Part shown: in pieces, positions 51,437 through 64,000 of the stretch
How positions within the stretch are numbered: position 1 is the stretch's first letter
How the letters are laid out: every line of letters begins with the position of its first letter
Assembly (NCBI RefSeq): GCF_963921235.1
Contig: NC_086097.1
Coordinates: 123,010,001 to 123,074,000 of the forward strand
Source: Mobula hypostoma
Taxonomy: Eukaryota
DNA: 64,000 nt
Direction of reading: 5' to 3'
The notes under the pieces: generated by a model
Databases searched by the model: none
What the model was told of the DNA's origin: nothing
What the model saw: only the letters and a program-made list of their open reading frames with translations
Position numbers and translations under genes: made by a program

Positions 51437-52196
51437 CTGTCAGTAGCCACTTTATTAGGTACCTCCTGTATGATTATGGTCTTCTGCTACTGTAGCTCAT
51501 CCACTTCAAGGTTCAAAATGTTGTGTGTTCAGGGGTGCTCTCTGCACATCACTGCTGTAACATGTGGTTAGCGGAGTTACTGACGCCTTCATTTCATCTT
51601 GAAAGAGTCTGGCTGTTTTCCTCTGACCTCTCTCATTATCGAGGCATTTTTATACTTTATACTTTATTGTCACCAAACAATTGATACCAGAGTGTACAAT
51701 CATCACAGCGATATTTGATTCTGCACTTCGCGCTCCCTGGAGTACAAATCGATAGTAAATAGTAAAAATTTAAATTATAAATCATAAATAGAAAATAGAA
51801 AAGGGGAAGTAAGGTAGTGCAAAAAAACCGAGAGACAGGTCCGGATATTTGGAGGATATGGCCCAGATCTGTGCTCAGAACTGCCAATAACTGGATTTTT
51901 TTTTGATTTTTGCATTATTCTCTGTAGACTCTAGAGACTGTTGTGCAAGAAAATCCCAGGAGACCAGCAGTTTCTGAGATACTCAGATCACCCCATCTGT
52001 CACTGACAATCATCCCATATTTAGTCACTGGATCACATCTGTTTCCCATTCTGAAGTTTGGTCTGAACAACAACTGAACCTCTTGACCATGTTTGCATGC
52101 TTTTATGCATTGAGTAGCTGCCACATAACTGACTGATTAGATATTTGCATTAATGAGAAAGTGTACAGGTGTACCCAATAAGGTGGTCACTTAGTG
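51437..52196 (-). mobile_element. Tc1-derived MITE family copy with a nested LINE 3' tail (about 51651-51869)
   Basis: TA-flanked TIRs. The insert ends in ATAAAGTATAAAGTATA on the minus strand. Confidence 0.8.
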
Positions 52197-52384
52197 TACT
52201 TCAAGATAGGAAAACAATCAAGATTTGAGTATTATTAAAATTAAAAGAGATGGAAAGATTGATTAATTTCCATGAGCAAATTAGTCAGTGTTAACTATTT
52301 GAGAAATAAGTCTGTTTTACCAATACTTTCCAGCCATGTGTTCACATTCAGTAATCTTCTCTGTGGCTGAGATTGGAAAGAGAT

Positions 52385-54675
52385 ATTGTCTGTCAACTCT
52401 ATCCAGGCCTCTCATGATCTTATAAAGCTCTATCAGATCCCCCCTCAGCCTCCACTGCTCCAAAGGAAACAACCCACATTTGTCCAATATCTCGTTATAA
52501 CATATGCCCTCTGATCATGACAACATATTAATAAATCTCTTCTGCATCCTCTCCAAAGCCTTGACATCCTCCATATACTGGAGTGACCAGAAAACTATGC
52601 AATATTCCATATGCGTCCTAACTAGAGTTTTATAAATCTGCAACAAGGCTTCCTATCTTTTGAACTCAATGCCTTGACTAAGCATGCCATATGCCTTCTT
52701 AATCACCCTACCATCCTGTGCAGGCACTTTCAGAGAAATGAATGTGGACCCCAAGTTCCCTCTGCTCACCAACACTGTTAAAGGATCTTGCCTCTTTACA
52801 TTTGACCAAAGAGCAACACTTCACATTCGGCCGGATTAAATTCCATCTGAATCTAGCTGACAGTCCTCTAACTAGAATAAGTCCCTCGACCACTAGTCTC
52901 TGTCTTCTATGAGCAACCCAGTTCTGAATCCAAAAGCCAATTCACCATAGAACCCATGCATCTTAACCTTCTTGAAGAGTCTCCTTTGAGGGACCTTGTC
53001 AAGTGACTTACTAAAGTTGAAGTAGACAACATCCAGGGCTCTACCTTCATCACCTTCATCCACGGCTCTACCTTCCGCCCTTGTCACCATGTCAAAAAAA
53101 CTCAACCAAGTTAGTAAGACATGACTTGCCCCACATAAAACCATGCTGGCTCTCCTTAATTAGGCCATGGTTTTTCAAATGCTCATAAACTCTATTGATA
53201 AGAATTCTCTCCAGTAACTTCCTTACCACTGACATGAGAAAGTCTCAGCAGTCTATAGTTTCCAGGATTATCCCTTGTTCCCTTCTTAAATAATGAAACA
53301 TTAGCTACTCGCCAGTCCTCTGGGACATCACCTGTGGCTAGAGAGGATATGAAGATCTTGGTCAAGGCCCCAGCTATCTCTTCTCTTGCCTCTCTCGATA
53401 ACCTGGGGTATATCCCACCACACCCTGGAGACTTATCCACCTTAATGCTCTTTAAATGACACAACAATATCTCCTCCTTAACCTTGAAATGCCCAAGCAC
53501 CTATGCTTACCACTGATCTTCCTATCCTCTATGTCCTTCTCCTTGGTAAATATTGATGTAAACTACTCATTAAGGGCCTTACCCACATCCTCCGCATCCA
53601 AACAAATGTTCTCCCCCTTATCTTTGGATAGTCCTATCCTCTCCCTAGTTATCCTCTTGCTCTTGATTGATGTATAGAATGCCCTGGGATTCTCTTTAAT
53701 TCTTCTTGCCAAGGACTCTTCCTGGCTTTCCTAATTCCCTTCTTGAGTTCTTTTCTGGTTTCTTTGTAATCCTCATGGGCTCTGTTCAATTCCAGCTTCT
53801 GAAGCTTTACATACTTTTCTTTGTTTCTTATTGAGTAAATTCATCATCTCCTTCAACATCCAAAATTCTCTTCCCTTGACACCCTTGTCCTTCCTGCATA
53901 CTGAAACATACTTGTCCTGTACTCTGGCAAATATGCTCCGCATGTCAGATGTGGACTTGCCCACAAACAGCTGTTCCCAATTAACTCTCCCTAGTTCCTG
54001 CCAAGTGCTCTTGTAATTTGCCCTGCCCCAGCTTAATATTCTCCCACAAGGTCTATACTTGTCCTTATCTATGGCTACCTTAAAACTGAAGGATTGTGGT
54101 CACCGTTCCCTAACTATTCACCCAATGAAAGGTTGGTCACCTGGCCAGGCTTAATACGCAACAACAGGTCCAGTACAGTCCCTCCTCTTGTTGGACTTGC
54201 TATGTATTGATTTTGGAAACCCTCCTGGATGCACCTAACAGATTCTTCCCCATCTAAATCTCTTGTACTCAAAGGTTCCAGATAATATTAGGGAAACTGA
54301 AGACCCCTATAACAACAACCCTATGATCATTATTACAACCCTTCACCTGCCCAAATAGTTGTTCCTCAAACTCCTGGTGGTTATTGGGGTGGGGGGGGTG
54401 GAGATCTGTAGCATAAACAGATCAGAGCGATTGCACCTTCTTATTTTTGAGTTCTACTCATATAGACCTCCCATTATGTCCCTCCTTACTACAGTAGTTA
54501 TATTGTCCCTGATTGGTTTGCAATTCCTCCATCTCTTTTACTTCCCTCTCCATCATTTCTAAAACATCAAAGCCCGGAGATATTAAGCACCATTCCTGTC
54601 CCTCTCTCAACCAAATCTCTGTAATGGCCACAACATCATAGTTCCATGTACTGATCCATGCTGTGAGTTAATCAC
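52385..54675 (-). mobile_element. decayed CR1-like LINE ORF2 fragment
   Basis: IKVDKSPG.GGIYPRL..WRVANV.LFKKGTRDNPGNYR and LDVVYFNFSKSLDKVP motifs, with many frameshifts. Confidence 0.85.
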
Positions 54676-54769
54676 CAATCATTTTACCTTTTAATTTGGT
54701 TTCACATCCCTCCATCCGAAATAATTCCAAATATTTTTAAATTATCATTTGATCAAAGATTATTTGTTT

Positions 54770-55060
54770 TATAATTATTATTTATTGAGATATAGCGCAG
54801 AAAGGGCCCTTCTGGCACTTCGAGCCACACTGCCCGATAGTTTCCCAATTTACTCCTAGCCTAATCACAGGACAATTTACAATGACTGATTAACCCAACA
54901 ACCAGTACGTCTTTGGACTGTGGGAGGAAACCGCAGCATCCAGAGAAAACCCACATGGTCACAGAGAGAACGTAGAAACTCCTTACAGGCAGTGGCAGGA
55001 ATTGAACCTGGGTTGTCTGTATGGTTAAGCTTTGTGCTAACCACTACACTACTGCGCCAC
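54770..55060 (-). mobile_element. V-SINE-like tRNA SINE with CR1-like tail
   Basis: Minus strand has GGCGCAGTAGTGTAGTGGTTAG, GGTTCAATTCC, the V-domain core and an (AATA)n tail. Confidence 0.7.
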
Positions 55061-55162
55061 ACCATTTCCAGAGGAGTAATTATTAGTAGAGATTATTTCT
55101 AGAAATGTGAATTGCCAGGTAATTGCAAACGATTACTTCTTTAGAAACCACCTTACACTCAC

Positions 55163-55270
55163 CCCAGCTGGCAAGGTAGTGCGGACAAAAGACACCAGAA
55201 ACAGACTTGTGTGCAAAATAGAAAATAATATTTCCAGAAAACAACCTAGCTCCAGAGCAGAGTTCAAAAC
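55163..55270 (-). CDS. putative 108-nt internal exon
   Basis: Acceptor ttcctgtcattcttag|G and donor GGG|gtgagt. Open in phase 0 (VLNSALELGCFLEILFSILHTSLFLVSFVRTTLPAG) and in phase 1. Confidence 0.45.
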
Positions 55271-55549
55271 CTAAGAATGACAGGAACTGAACCTTGAGAA
55301 AGATTGTCACAATGACTGAAGGAAGTTTACAATATAAAACCAGCAGGTTTGTTTTGATGTTGTTGTTGCTTGTATTGTTTTGTGAACATGGTGGGTGTGC
55401 TATGCTGGCACCAAATGTGCAGTGACACTTGGGAGCTTCCCCTAGCACAACTTCAGGTACAAAATTCAAAGTTCAAAATAAATGTTATTCTCAAAGTGCA
55501 TATACAGTATGTCATCATACACTACAATGAGATTTATTTTGTTGCAGGC

Positions 55550-56418
55550 TGTGTACATACATCTATTGGTACTTCTGGACACATCTTCAGTGATGTTCCT
55601 GGAATCATCGGGTGTTTCGGGTCTTTCAACATCATACAACCTCCTCCAGGTGACCCAGCCGGGGCTGATCAGACCCCAGCTTGTGTCCAGATGGCTAGCT
55701 ACTTATGACTCCATGTCTCCCCTCTTTTGAGCCACAGCCATCTTGAGACCCTCTCTGCCGCATCGGTGGTACTGCGGATGGCTCTCCTCTTCCTCTCTCC
55801 CTCGATGCCCAAAATGCTGAAGGCTCTAACTAAAGAACAGGCTACGAATCCCCTACAACCGACCTCCACTGGGAGACACCTCGCTCTCCATCCAGCCTGC
55901 TGACAGTTGCTGACCAGTCCTGCGTACTTGGAGAGCTTCCTTTCAAAGGCCTCCTCCAAGCTATCTTCCCATGGGACTGTCAGCTAAAGCAGCACCACTT
56001 GCTTAGACACTAGGACAATGTCTGGTCGCAGGATGGTGGCTGCGATATGGTTGGGGAACTTCAGCTGCCCTTTGAGGTCCACCAACAGTTGCCAGTCCCT
56101 TGCAGAGGTCAGAATGCCTGCAGATGTTCTTTTGGCAGGTATTGGCTGCTCCCCAGCTCTGACAAAGGCAATGGTCTGCTTGGAGGGTCGGGACCGCTTC
56201 GCCCACTCAACTCCAACACTGATAGCTTCAGCGATGGTCTTCAGGACCTGATCATGCCTCCACCTGTACCGTCCCTCACCAAGTGCCCTTGCACAGCCAC
56301 TGAGGATGTGCTCCAGGGTTCCTCGCTTGGAGCACAGTAGGCACGCAGATGATTCTGCCTTGCCCCATGTGTGCAGGTTTGATGGGCTTGGAAGCACATC
56401 GTACACTGCCTGGATGAG
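55550..56418 (-). mobile_element. 5'-truncated RLE-type non-LTR retrotransposon (HERO/NeSL-like)
   Basis: CLLC-x6-EHILSGC knuckle, YRWRHDQVL, RPDIVLVS..(E>stop)LTVPWE..ERKLSKY..PVEVGCRGF; short 3' UTR. Confidence 0.85.
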
Positions 56419-57666
56419 TGAATGTCAGGGTAACAAATAATGACATATACATACTTCGATATTAAATGTATTTTATTAGGTTAATAAATTAGGCTGTGTT
56501 AGTTGTTGATGCAGATGGCAGATTCCTCTGTATGTTTTAATGTATATTAATAAATAAATCTGAATCTAAATGCTATCTGATCTGAATACTATATCATCTG
56601 AATGCTAAGAGTAGAGTGTAGAACAGAAATGTTTGATTCTGGATTTTTAAATGATTACCGAATGAATAGTAATTACAGAATGAATGATCAGAAAATATCA
56701 ACTTCAAAAATATTAGGTTTCAACAGGTACATTTAATGTCAGAGAAATGTATACAATATACATCCTGAAATTCTTTTTCTTCACAAACATCCACGAAAAC
56801 AGAGGAGTGCCCCAAAGAATGAATGACATTTAAATGTTAGAACCCCAAAGCCCCCCAGCTCCCTCCTCCCACGCATAAGCAGCAGTAAGGCAATGACCCC
56901 CCCTCCTCCACCAGCAAAAAAACATCGGCGCTCTCCACTGAGCACTCAAGCATGCAGCAAAGCACCAATAAACACACAGACTTGCAGTACCCCAAAGACT
57001 ACCTGTTCACCTAGTATTTCACCACAGGCTCTCTCTCTCGCTAATAAGGGGAAAAGAGGTGTCCCCACTTCACCTGAGGAAGCTTAGGATAAATCTATTT
57101 CATGAGTGGTGAAAGCCCATTAGATTTTTCCACTGGGAAGAATGGAAGTAAGGCGACTTAATAGAGGTTTACAAGATGATACGAGGCATAGGTTGAATGG
57201 AGCCATAGACATTTTCCTGGGGCAGAAATGGCTAATACAAGGAGGGTATGATTTTAAGGTAATTGGAAGAAAGTACTGGGGGGGATGTCAGAGGTAAGTC
57301 TTCTTTACACAGAGAGTGGAATATGCTTGGAACAGTCTGCCGGGGGTGGTTGTTGAGGCAGGTTGATTAGGGACATTTAAGAAATGCATGGATGATAGAA
57401 AAATGGAACGCTACGTAGGAAGGAAGCATTAAATTGATCTTCGAGAATTTTTAACATTGCTGTGCTCTTGGTTACTTTCAAGCAGGTTTTCCTGCAAGGG
57501 GTGGAGAAATAATAGGCATGAACACAGTATACCTCAAAAAAATATTGTCTTTGGAGATGAGTATCTAATTACAAATCTTTTCATCTTTCCTACTTGCTAT
57601 ATTATGATTCTACCCCATTATGCTAATAGATTTTGATATATATTCAGAAGGAGCAGCAATGTATCC

Positions 57667-58480
57667 TAGTCATAGTCATAGTCATACTTTATTGATCCTG
57701 GGGGAAATTCGTTTTTGTTACAGTTGCACCATAAATAATAAATAGCAATAGAAATAGTAATAGTAATATTACTATTAGTAAATAGTAAATAGTAATAGTC
57801 ATAGAAATAATAAATAGTAATAGAAAATAGTAATAAATAGTTAAATAGTAATATGTAAATTATGCCAGTAAATTATGAAATGTCCAGGACCAGCCTATCG
57901 GCTCAGGGTGTCTGACCCTCCAAGGGAGGAGTTGTAAAGTTTGATGGCCACAGGCAGGAATGACTTCCTATGACGCTCTGTGCTGAATCTCGGAGGAATG
58001 AGTTTCTGGCTGAATGTACTCCTGTGCCCAACCAGTACATTATGTAGTGGATGGGAGACATTGACCAAGATGGCATGCAACTTAGACAGCATCCCCTTTT
58101 CAGACACCACCGTCAGAGAGTCCAGTTCCATCCCTACAACATCACTGGCCTTACAAATGAGTTTGTTGATTCTGTTGGTGTCTGCTACCCTCAGCCTGCT
58201 GCCCCAGCACACAACAGCAAACACGATAGCACTGGCACCACAGACCTCAGTCTCCTCAGGAAATAGAGACAGCGCTGACCCTTCTTGTAGACAGCCTCAG
58301 TGTTCTTTGACCAGTCCAGTTTATTGTCAATTCGTATCCCCAAGTATCTGTAATCCTTCACCGTGTCCACACTGACCCCCTGGATGGAAACAGGGGTCAC
58401 CGGTACCTTAGCTCTCCTCAGGTCTACCACCAGCTCTTTAGTCTTTTTTACATTAAGCTGCAGATAATTCTGCTCACACC
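57667..58480 (-). mobile_element. young Rex1/Babar-like LINE 3' fragment with (ATGACT)n tail
   Basis: YRYLGIRIDNKLDWSKNTEAVYKKGQ and CWGSRLRVADTNRINKLI..KSFLPVAIKLYN peptides. Confidence 0.85.
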
Positions 58481-59977
58481 ATTAATATAGACACAAATAG
58501 ATACGAAATACATCAGGGGCATTTTAAGTAGGCACACAGATAGAAAAATTGGAGGGCTATGTCGGAGAGAAAGATCAGATTGATCTTCGAGTAGATTAAG
58601 GGTTCAGCACAACATCATGGGCTGGAAGACCTGGATTGTACTGGAATGTTCTATGTTTTAAATTGTTACATGAGGAAAGCAATGTGCTTGGTTTCAGATT
58701 GCTGGAGGGAGCAACTGGCAGACTGCTGTACAGTGTGAGATGTTGGACAGGAATGCTAGTAACAACGGTACAGATTATGCACCTTGTCACCAAAGATCAT
58801 CCTGATGAAAGTTTCTGAAGACATACTGTAAAAGCAGACATCTGCAAAAAAAAATCACCTACTCCAAATAATTATAATGAACTGCAGACATTCATTCCAT
58901 CAAACATTCATTCAAAAAAGACATACACATTCCTCCATCAAACTTAAATTGGATATCTAAAATTTGACAGTCTTCTATAGATACACAGTTGGCATAACAT
59001 CGTGGGCAGAAGGGCCTGTACTGTAGCATTCTATTTTCCATGTAAAACAAACTTTATAACCAATATTTTACACAGGACTGACTTTAAAACACAATATTCG
59101 TATTTTACAAATTTATTTCAATTGCTCATTGTCATTTGTCTCAAGGAGTTTGCAATTGCAGACATATTTTTTCCCCAAAGTAATTACTGCAGCTCTATAG
59201 AAATGTATTTATCACCATGGCAGGATTTCTAGCTTCTCGCCAGCTTTTATCAATGTTTCTCAGCCCTGAGACTTTTTACGTTGTAAATGTGGCCCGACGG
59301 AAGCAGTACCTAAGCAGAGACTGAGACTGTGCACAACCCTAGTCAGTTTACCTTTCCTTTGCCGTCCAAGATTTGTGTTTCCTACAGCAAGTAAGGAGAG
59401 AAAGTGGGTGTGTACTTGTGGTTTAACCAGAGACCCTTGCGGTCAATTGTGGGCCATCAAGGAGATGTCTGCCCCATACTGTCAAACTACTAGAGGCAAA
59501 TACTTTTGTTATTCAAGAATGTTGTCTGCATGCAAATGCTCATCGATGACATTCTGTCAATATTCAACAGTCGTCAATACCCAATAACTTTAACTTGTGC
59601 TCTTGCTGTGTTTTGCAAATTAAGCAGAATAAACCAAATATTTTGTGGTGACATTTTAATAAATAATTTGAAGTGATTATTCAGAGCTAAATGACATTGA
59701 ATTGATTATTCAGAGCTAATTGACATTGAATAAATATTCAATGGCATTCAGTGGCACAACAGCGTAGTGGTTAGCACAATGCTTTACGGCACAGACGACC
59801 ACTGCCTGTAAGGTGTTTGTACATTCACCCTGTGGAGTTTCCTCCACAGTCCAAAGATGTACTGGTTGGCAGGTTAATTGGTCATTGATAATTGTCCCAT
59901 AATTAGCCAGGGTTAAATTGGTGTTTGCTGGGTGGTATGGCTCAAAGGGCTTATTCTACAGCATCTCAATCAATCAA

Positions 59978-60423
59978 TCATAGTCATAGTCATACTTTAC
60001 TGATCCCCGGGGAAATTGGTTTTCGTTACAGTTGCACCATAAATAATAAATAGTAATAGAACCATAAATAGTTAAATAGTAGTATGTAAATTATGCCAGT
60101 AAATTATGAAATAAGTCCAGGACCAGTCTATTGGCTCAGGGTATCTGACCTTCCAAGGGAGGAGTTGTAAAGTTTGATGGCCACAGGCAGGAATGACTTC
60201 CTATGACGCTCTGTGCTGCATCTCGGTGGAATGAGTCTCTGGCTGAATGTACTCCTGTGTCCACCCAGTACATTATGTAGTGGATGGGAGACATTGACCA
60301 AGATGGCATGCAACTTGGACAGCATCCTCTTTTCAGACACCACCGTCAGACAGTCCAGTTCCATCCCCACAACATCACTGGCCTTACGGATGAGTTTGTT
60401 GATTCTGTTGGTGTCTGCTACCA
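59978..60423 (-). mobile_element. second copy of the same young Rex1/Babar-like 3' end, inserted in a SINE tail (SINE about 59750-59977)
   Basis: Nearly identical to 57667-58190. Confidence 0.85.
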
Positions 60424-62399
60424 ATACATAAGTAAATATATTACCATTCCAGTGCAGGCACTATTTTGGGTATTAATGCAGGCTACTAGACCATAAGACA
60501 TAGGAGCAGAATTATGCCATTCGGCCCATTGTGTTTACTTCGCTATTCAATCGTGGCTAATTTATTTTCCCTCTCTGTTCTCCTGACTTGCATGTACTAA
60601 ATGACCAATATTATACAACAAAGAAATCGAATGGAGTACAGTGCACAACCATTCATATATGGAACATCTGAACGTCTGGCCAAAGCCGATCTGATTTATA
60701 CTGCACAACAGGCCATCCTGTTTAAAAATGGTTTCCATTTTTACAGCGATACAAATGTTAATTTTGTCCATAAACAGGGAAATACACAAAATCACTCAAT
60801 ATGATAACCGTATCTCCACAGGGTGTAATGAATAGTGTTGATGAGGGCCTAATACCATGATTTTTTTTGTCATACTCTACCTAGTTACCATAGTACAAAA
60901 TCAGGATGTTGAGCTTGAAATATCCATGCATGGTACATAGCTGAACAATCACTGCACAAGTATCAATGGAAGTGATTGTCAGTTTCCAATGCAACTCTCT
61001 TAAGTGGCCTCCTGTGGTGAAAATTGCAGCTTATGCACTTAAGGGACAATACTGCCTGAATACTACGGAGAGGTTACACAGAACAATAGCTTATTTTCAA
61101 GACTAGATTTTGTTTGAATTTAAAATTCCATTAAAATCTGTAAGCCAAATTTTCTGCATTTAATGGATTAACTACATACTATGGCAAAATAATTCAGATG
61201 GAAGTACAGGTCTGATTGAACCATGTGGTTTGAACTGTGAGGCAAGAACTATATTAGCTATGGCACTGTGCCAATAAATTTTCCTTTTACTATCTCATGT
61301 CTTTCCAACAAATGCACCAATAGCCAGCTGAATTGTACGTTGTTAAATAATATTCCATTTGAAATGCAAGTGTACAAGAATTCATAAAATCAATAAACTG
61401 AGCAGAAATTCACTGAATGAATTGCCAAACCACTGTTTTAGACGTAAAGTGCGGTCCATCAAAAGAGAATGTTTAATTCAAAACCACTGCAAAACAATGA
61501 ACACTCCTAATGTACAAGTGCTACAGGTGTGGTGTTCAAATCAGGGGACTCTGACCTTGTTGCAGTAAGTACCAATCTTACCTGCTCATCAAAAGCCGCT
61601 TCCCCACGCTAGCTAGGGATTGGCTTGTTTAAGGAACATTGCAGCCCTTCTACTGGCTGCTGCCTGGCGCCATGGCGCCTGCTGATGACATCATGGTGCC
61701 AACAGAGTATAAGTCTACCATGTTAAAAGCAGCTAGTCTTTTGCTTCAGGGGCTTGCCAATTGACAGGTTCGTGACCGATGCTACAGGAACTGTGGAAGT
61801 GTGCTGCCGTGAGAGATGGCCTGAATGCACACTTCAGATAAGTAACTGGGTGTTAACATGAAGAGTTTACTGAATATTTATGGTTTGTCTTTTCCTGTAA
61901 GTAGATAGTTAACTTACTTACCGGTACTGAGTATCTTCGGTCCCCACTCACCGAACCTGACTTTACAGGAAATTGAGATATTTCCTGCACAATGCTATTA
62001 GGGATGCCAAGAGACAATCCTAGTCCAAAGTCAAGGCCCGGAGCAGCCATAAATTGTGGCAGCATCTGTATTCCAGAATGGGCTACACAAAGAAGTTAGG
62101 CAGCATTGACGACAACAGTGCATCCCTTCCCGATGAGCTTAAAGCATTCTATGTATGGATAGAATGTACAGAAGAGAATTGGGATGTCACCAATCACAAA
62201 ACAAGGTGCTCTCGGTTGGTTTATTAATCCTTTTATTTCAGATCCCTCAGCAAGCAGTGACCCAATTACCACAAGCAGTTCATCATTCAAAATTTGCAGC
62301 GATTATCGAAAACGAGAGCAGTCAGCTCAATCTCTCCCGACAAAGGCACATTCTCACAGACAGCGGCAGCAATAATCAACACACACACACACACACACA

Positions 62400-62589
62400 T
62401 GAAATCCAGAGTAAATACACAATTTACAGGAGGAGCTCTGCAGGTAAGGCAGCCTCTATGGAGAACAACAAAGTGTTAATGTTTCAGGCCAAGACCCTTC
62501 ATCAGGACCTCAGCCCAAAATGTCAACTCTTTATTCCTGTCCATTGATGCTGCTTGACCTGTTGGGTTTCATTCGCATTTAGTGTGTGT
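62400..62589. mobile_element. Penelope-derived inverted-repeat element with hammerhead motif on the minus strand
   Basis: Reverse complement of 62473-62510 reads AGGTC-CTGATGA-AGGGTCTTGGCCT-GAAAC-ATT-AACAC; the right arm is truncated. Confidence 0.6.
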
Positions 62590-62959
62590 AATTCAATATA
62601 TGCAATTAAATGTTCATAATGTGACATTATAAACAGCTGCTTTGTGTACTAGCACTAAAGAAAACCGTGTAAACAGATACCCAAACACTCCTGTATTGCA
62701 TAAGGCAAACAAGGACCAAACATACAGATGCAGTGTCAAGACAGCATTGGATTCTACCATCAGTGGCAATGTGAAAATGCTCCCTGCTAACATTGAAGAA
62801 GTATGCCCTTAAAGATTTTTTTTCTCTCTATGATATGGGTTTCCCCTTTCTTGACTTTGATTGCTGTCAGAAACCAGGTTCCTGATGACCAGCAATAGTG
62901 ATGTCATCAGGCCAGTAAATGAGGCAATCAATTTGAAGATTTTTCATACAGAACAAACG

Positions 62960-63410
62960 AAGAATAGAAGGTCATCCGTTTAGAACAGAGATGAGGAGGA
63001 ATTTCTTTAGCCAGACGGCGGTGGATCTGTGAAATTCATTGCCACGGATGGCTGTGGAGGCCAAGTCATTGGGTAGATTTAAAGCAGAGGTTGAAACTCA
63101 TGGTTTCCTTACTGGTAACATGCTATGGTGGAACCTTATTTTGAGGGAGGGTGGGATTAGAAGTTTCAATGGTAATGGTTGTAGGGCATGAACCAACAGA
63201 TTAAATGGTTATGGTAGAGAATGAGAAATGGCAGTTTCAATCATGGTGACTGGCTGGTCTGGTTCTTGATTAGTAAGAGTGTCAAAGGTTACCAGGAGAA
63301 GGCAGGAGAACAAGGTTGAGAGGGTTAATTAATCAGCCATGATGGAACGGCAGAGCGAATACAATGGGCCAAATGGCGTAATTTTGCTCCTACGTCTTAT
63401 GGTCATATGG
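62960..63410 (+). mobile_element. CR1/HER1-like 3' fragment with a ~165-bp interruption
   Basis: GAGATGAGGAGGAATTTCTTTAGCCAG...AATCAGCCATGATGGAA 3' UTR. Confidence 0.7.
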
Positions 63411-64000
63411 TCTAAATCAGCAAATAAAAGCAAAAGTTTTAAATACTTTGTTAAACAATTTACAAATCACCAGTTTGAAACTGGAACTCTCGGGGAATCA
63501 AGGCTCATAGCTCTGGTGACCTAGATTCAATTCTGTCCTTGTATATTCTCTCTGTCACTGTGTCAGTTTCCTCCCACATGTTAAAGATGTATAATATAAA
63601 GATAGTATAATTGAAAGTAAAAAAAAACACTTCAGCTGCTGAAAATATTACATCAATAGAAAGAAAGTGCTGGACACGCTGAGCAAGTCAGACAAAGCAC
63701 CTATGGAAAGAGAAACAAAGTTGACTTTGAAGATCTCAACCCTCTATAACTTAAAATAACTTTTTTTTTGCTTTCTTTTCCTGTTCTCTTGAAGGGTCTT
63801 TGTGATGAAATGGTAACCCCACCTGATCTAATGAATGTTTCCAGTATTTTCTGCTCTTATTTCTAATGGGATAATTGCACCATTTTTGTAAGCTTGAAGT
63901 AGCAAGAGTCAAAGGAGGGTTGATGGGTATGTGAGAACAAGCTGCAAAGACACTGATAGAAAATAGTGCAGCACAGGAGCAGGACTTTTGGCCCATGGTA

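Noticed and set aside
59352..59381. 30-nt micro-exon candidate with good splice sites
   Set aside because: Too short to distinguish from chance; all three frames are open.
62881..62911. 9-bp inverted repeat CCTGATGAC/GTCATCAGG containing CTGATGA
   Set aside because: There is no GAAA box or hammerhead geometry, and a short inverted repeat like this can arise by chance.

Overview
This window is repeat-rich eukaryotic genomic DNA. The repeat set (CR1/HER1-like LINEs, V-SINEs, Rex1/Babar, Penelope-derived repeats) suggests a cartilaginous fish, probably a ray; that is an inference. Most of the window looks intronic to an unidentified multi-exon gene on the minus strand, with candidate exons at 55163-55270, 50047-50148, 39927-39980, 36820-37028 and 28195-28339, and a terminal exon at 4771-4888. 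A probable terminal exon of a convergent plus-strand gene lies at 1582-1690. The clearest element is a full-length L1 retrotransposon (11783-17698) with a perfect 12-bp TSD and a single TGA in each ORF. The window also holds a solo LTR, several Tc1/mariner and pogo non-autonomous elements, an L2 fragment and a HERO-like RLE retrotransposon fragment. The most interesting signal is a dispersed family of short, often inverted, repeats carrying a minimal type-I hammerhead ribozyme motif (best copy 36667-36704). One copy is attached to a Penelope-like RT remnant (about 45980-46410). Coordinates of old repeats are approximate. No database searches were run, and no host gene name could be assigned.
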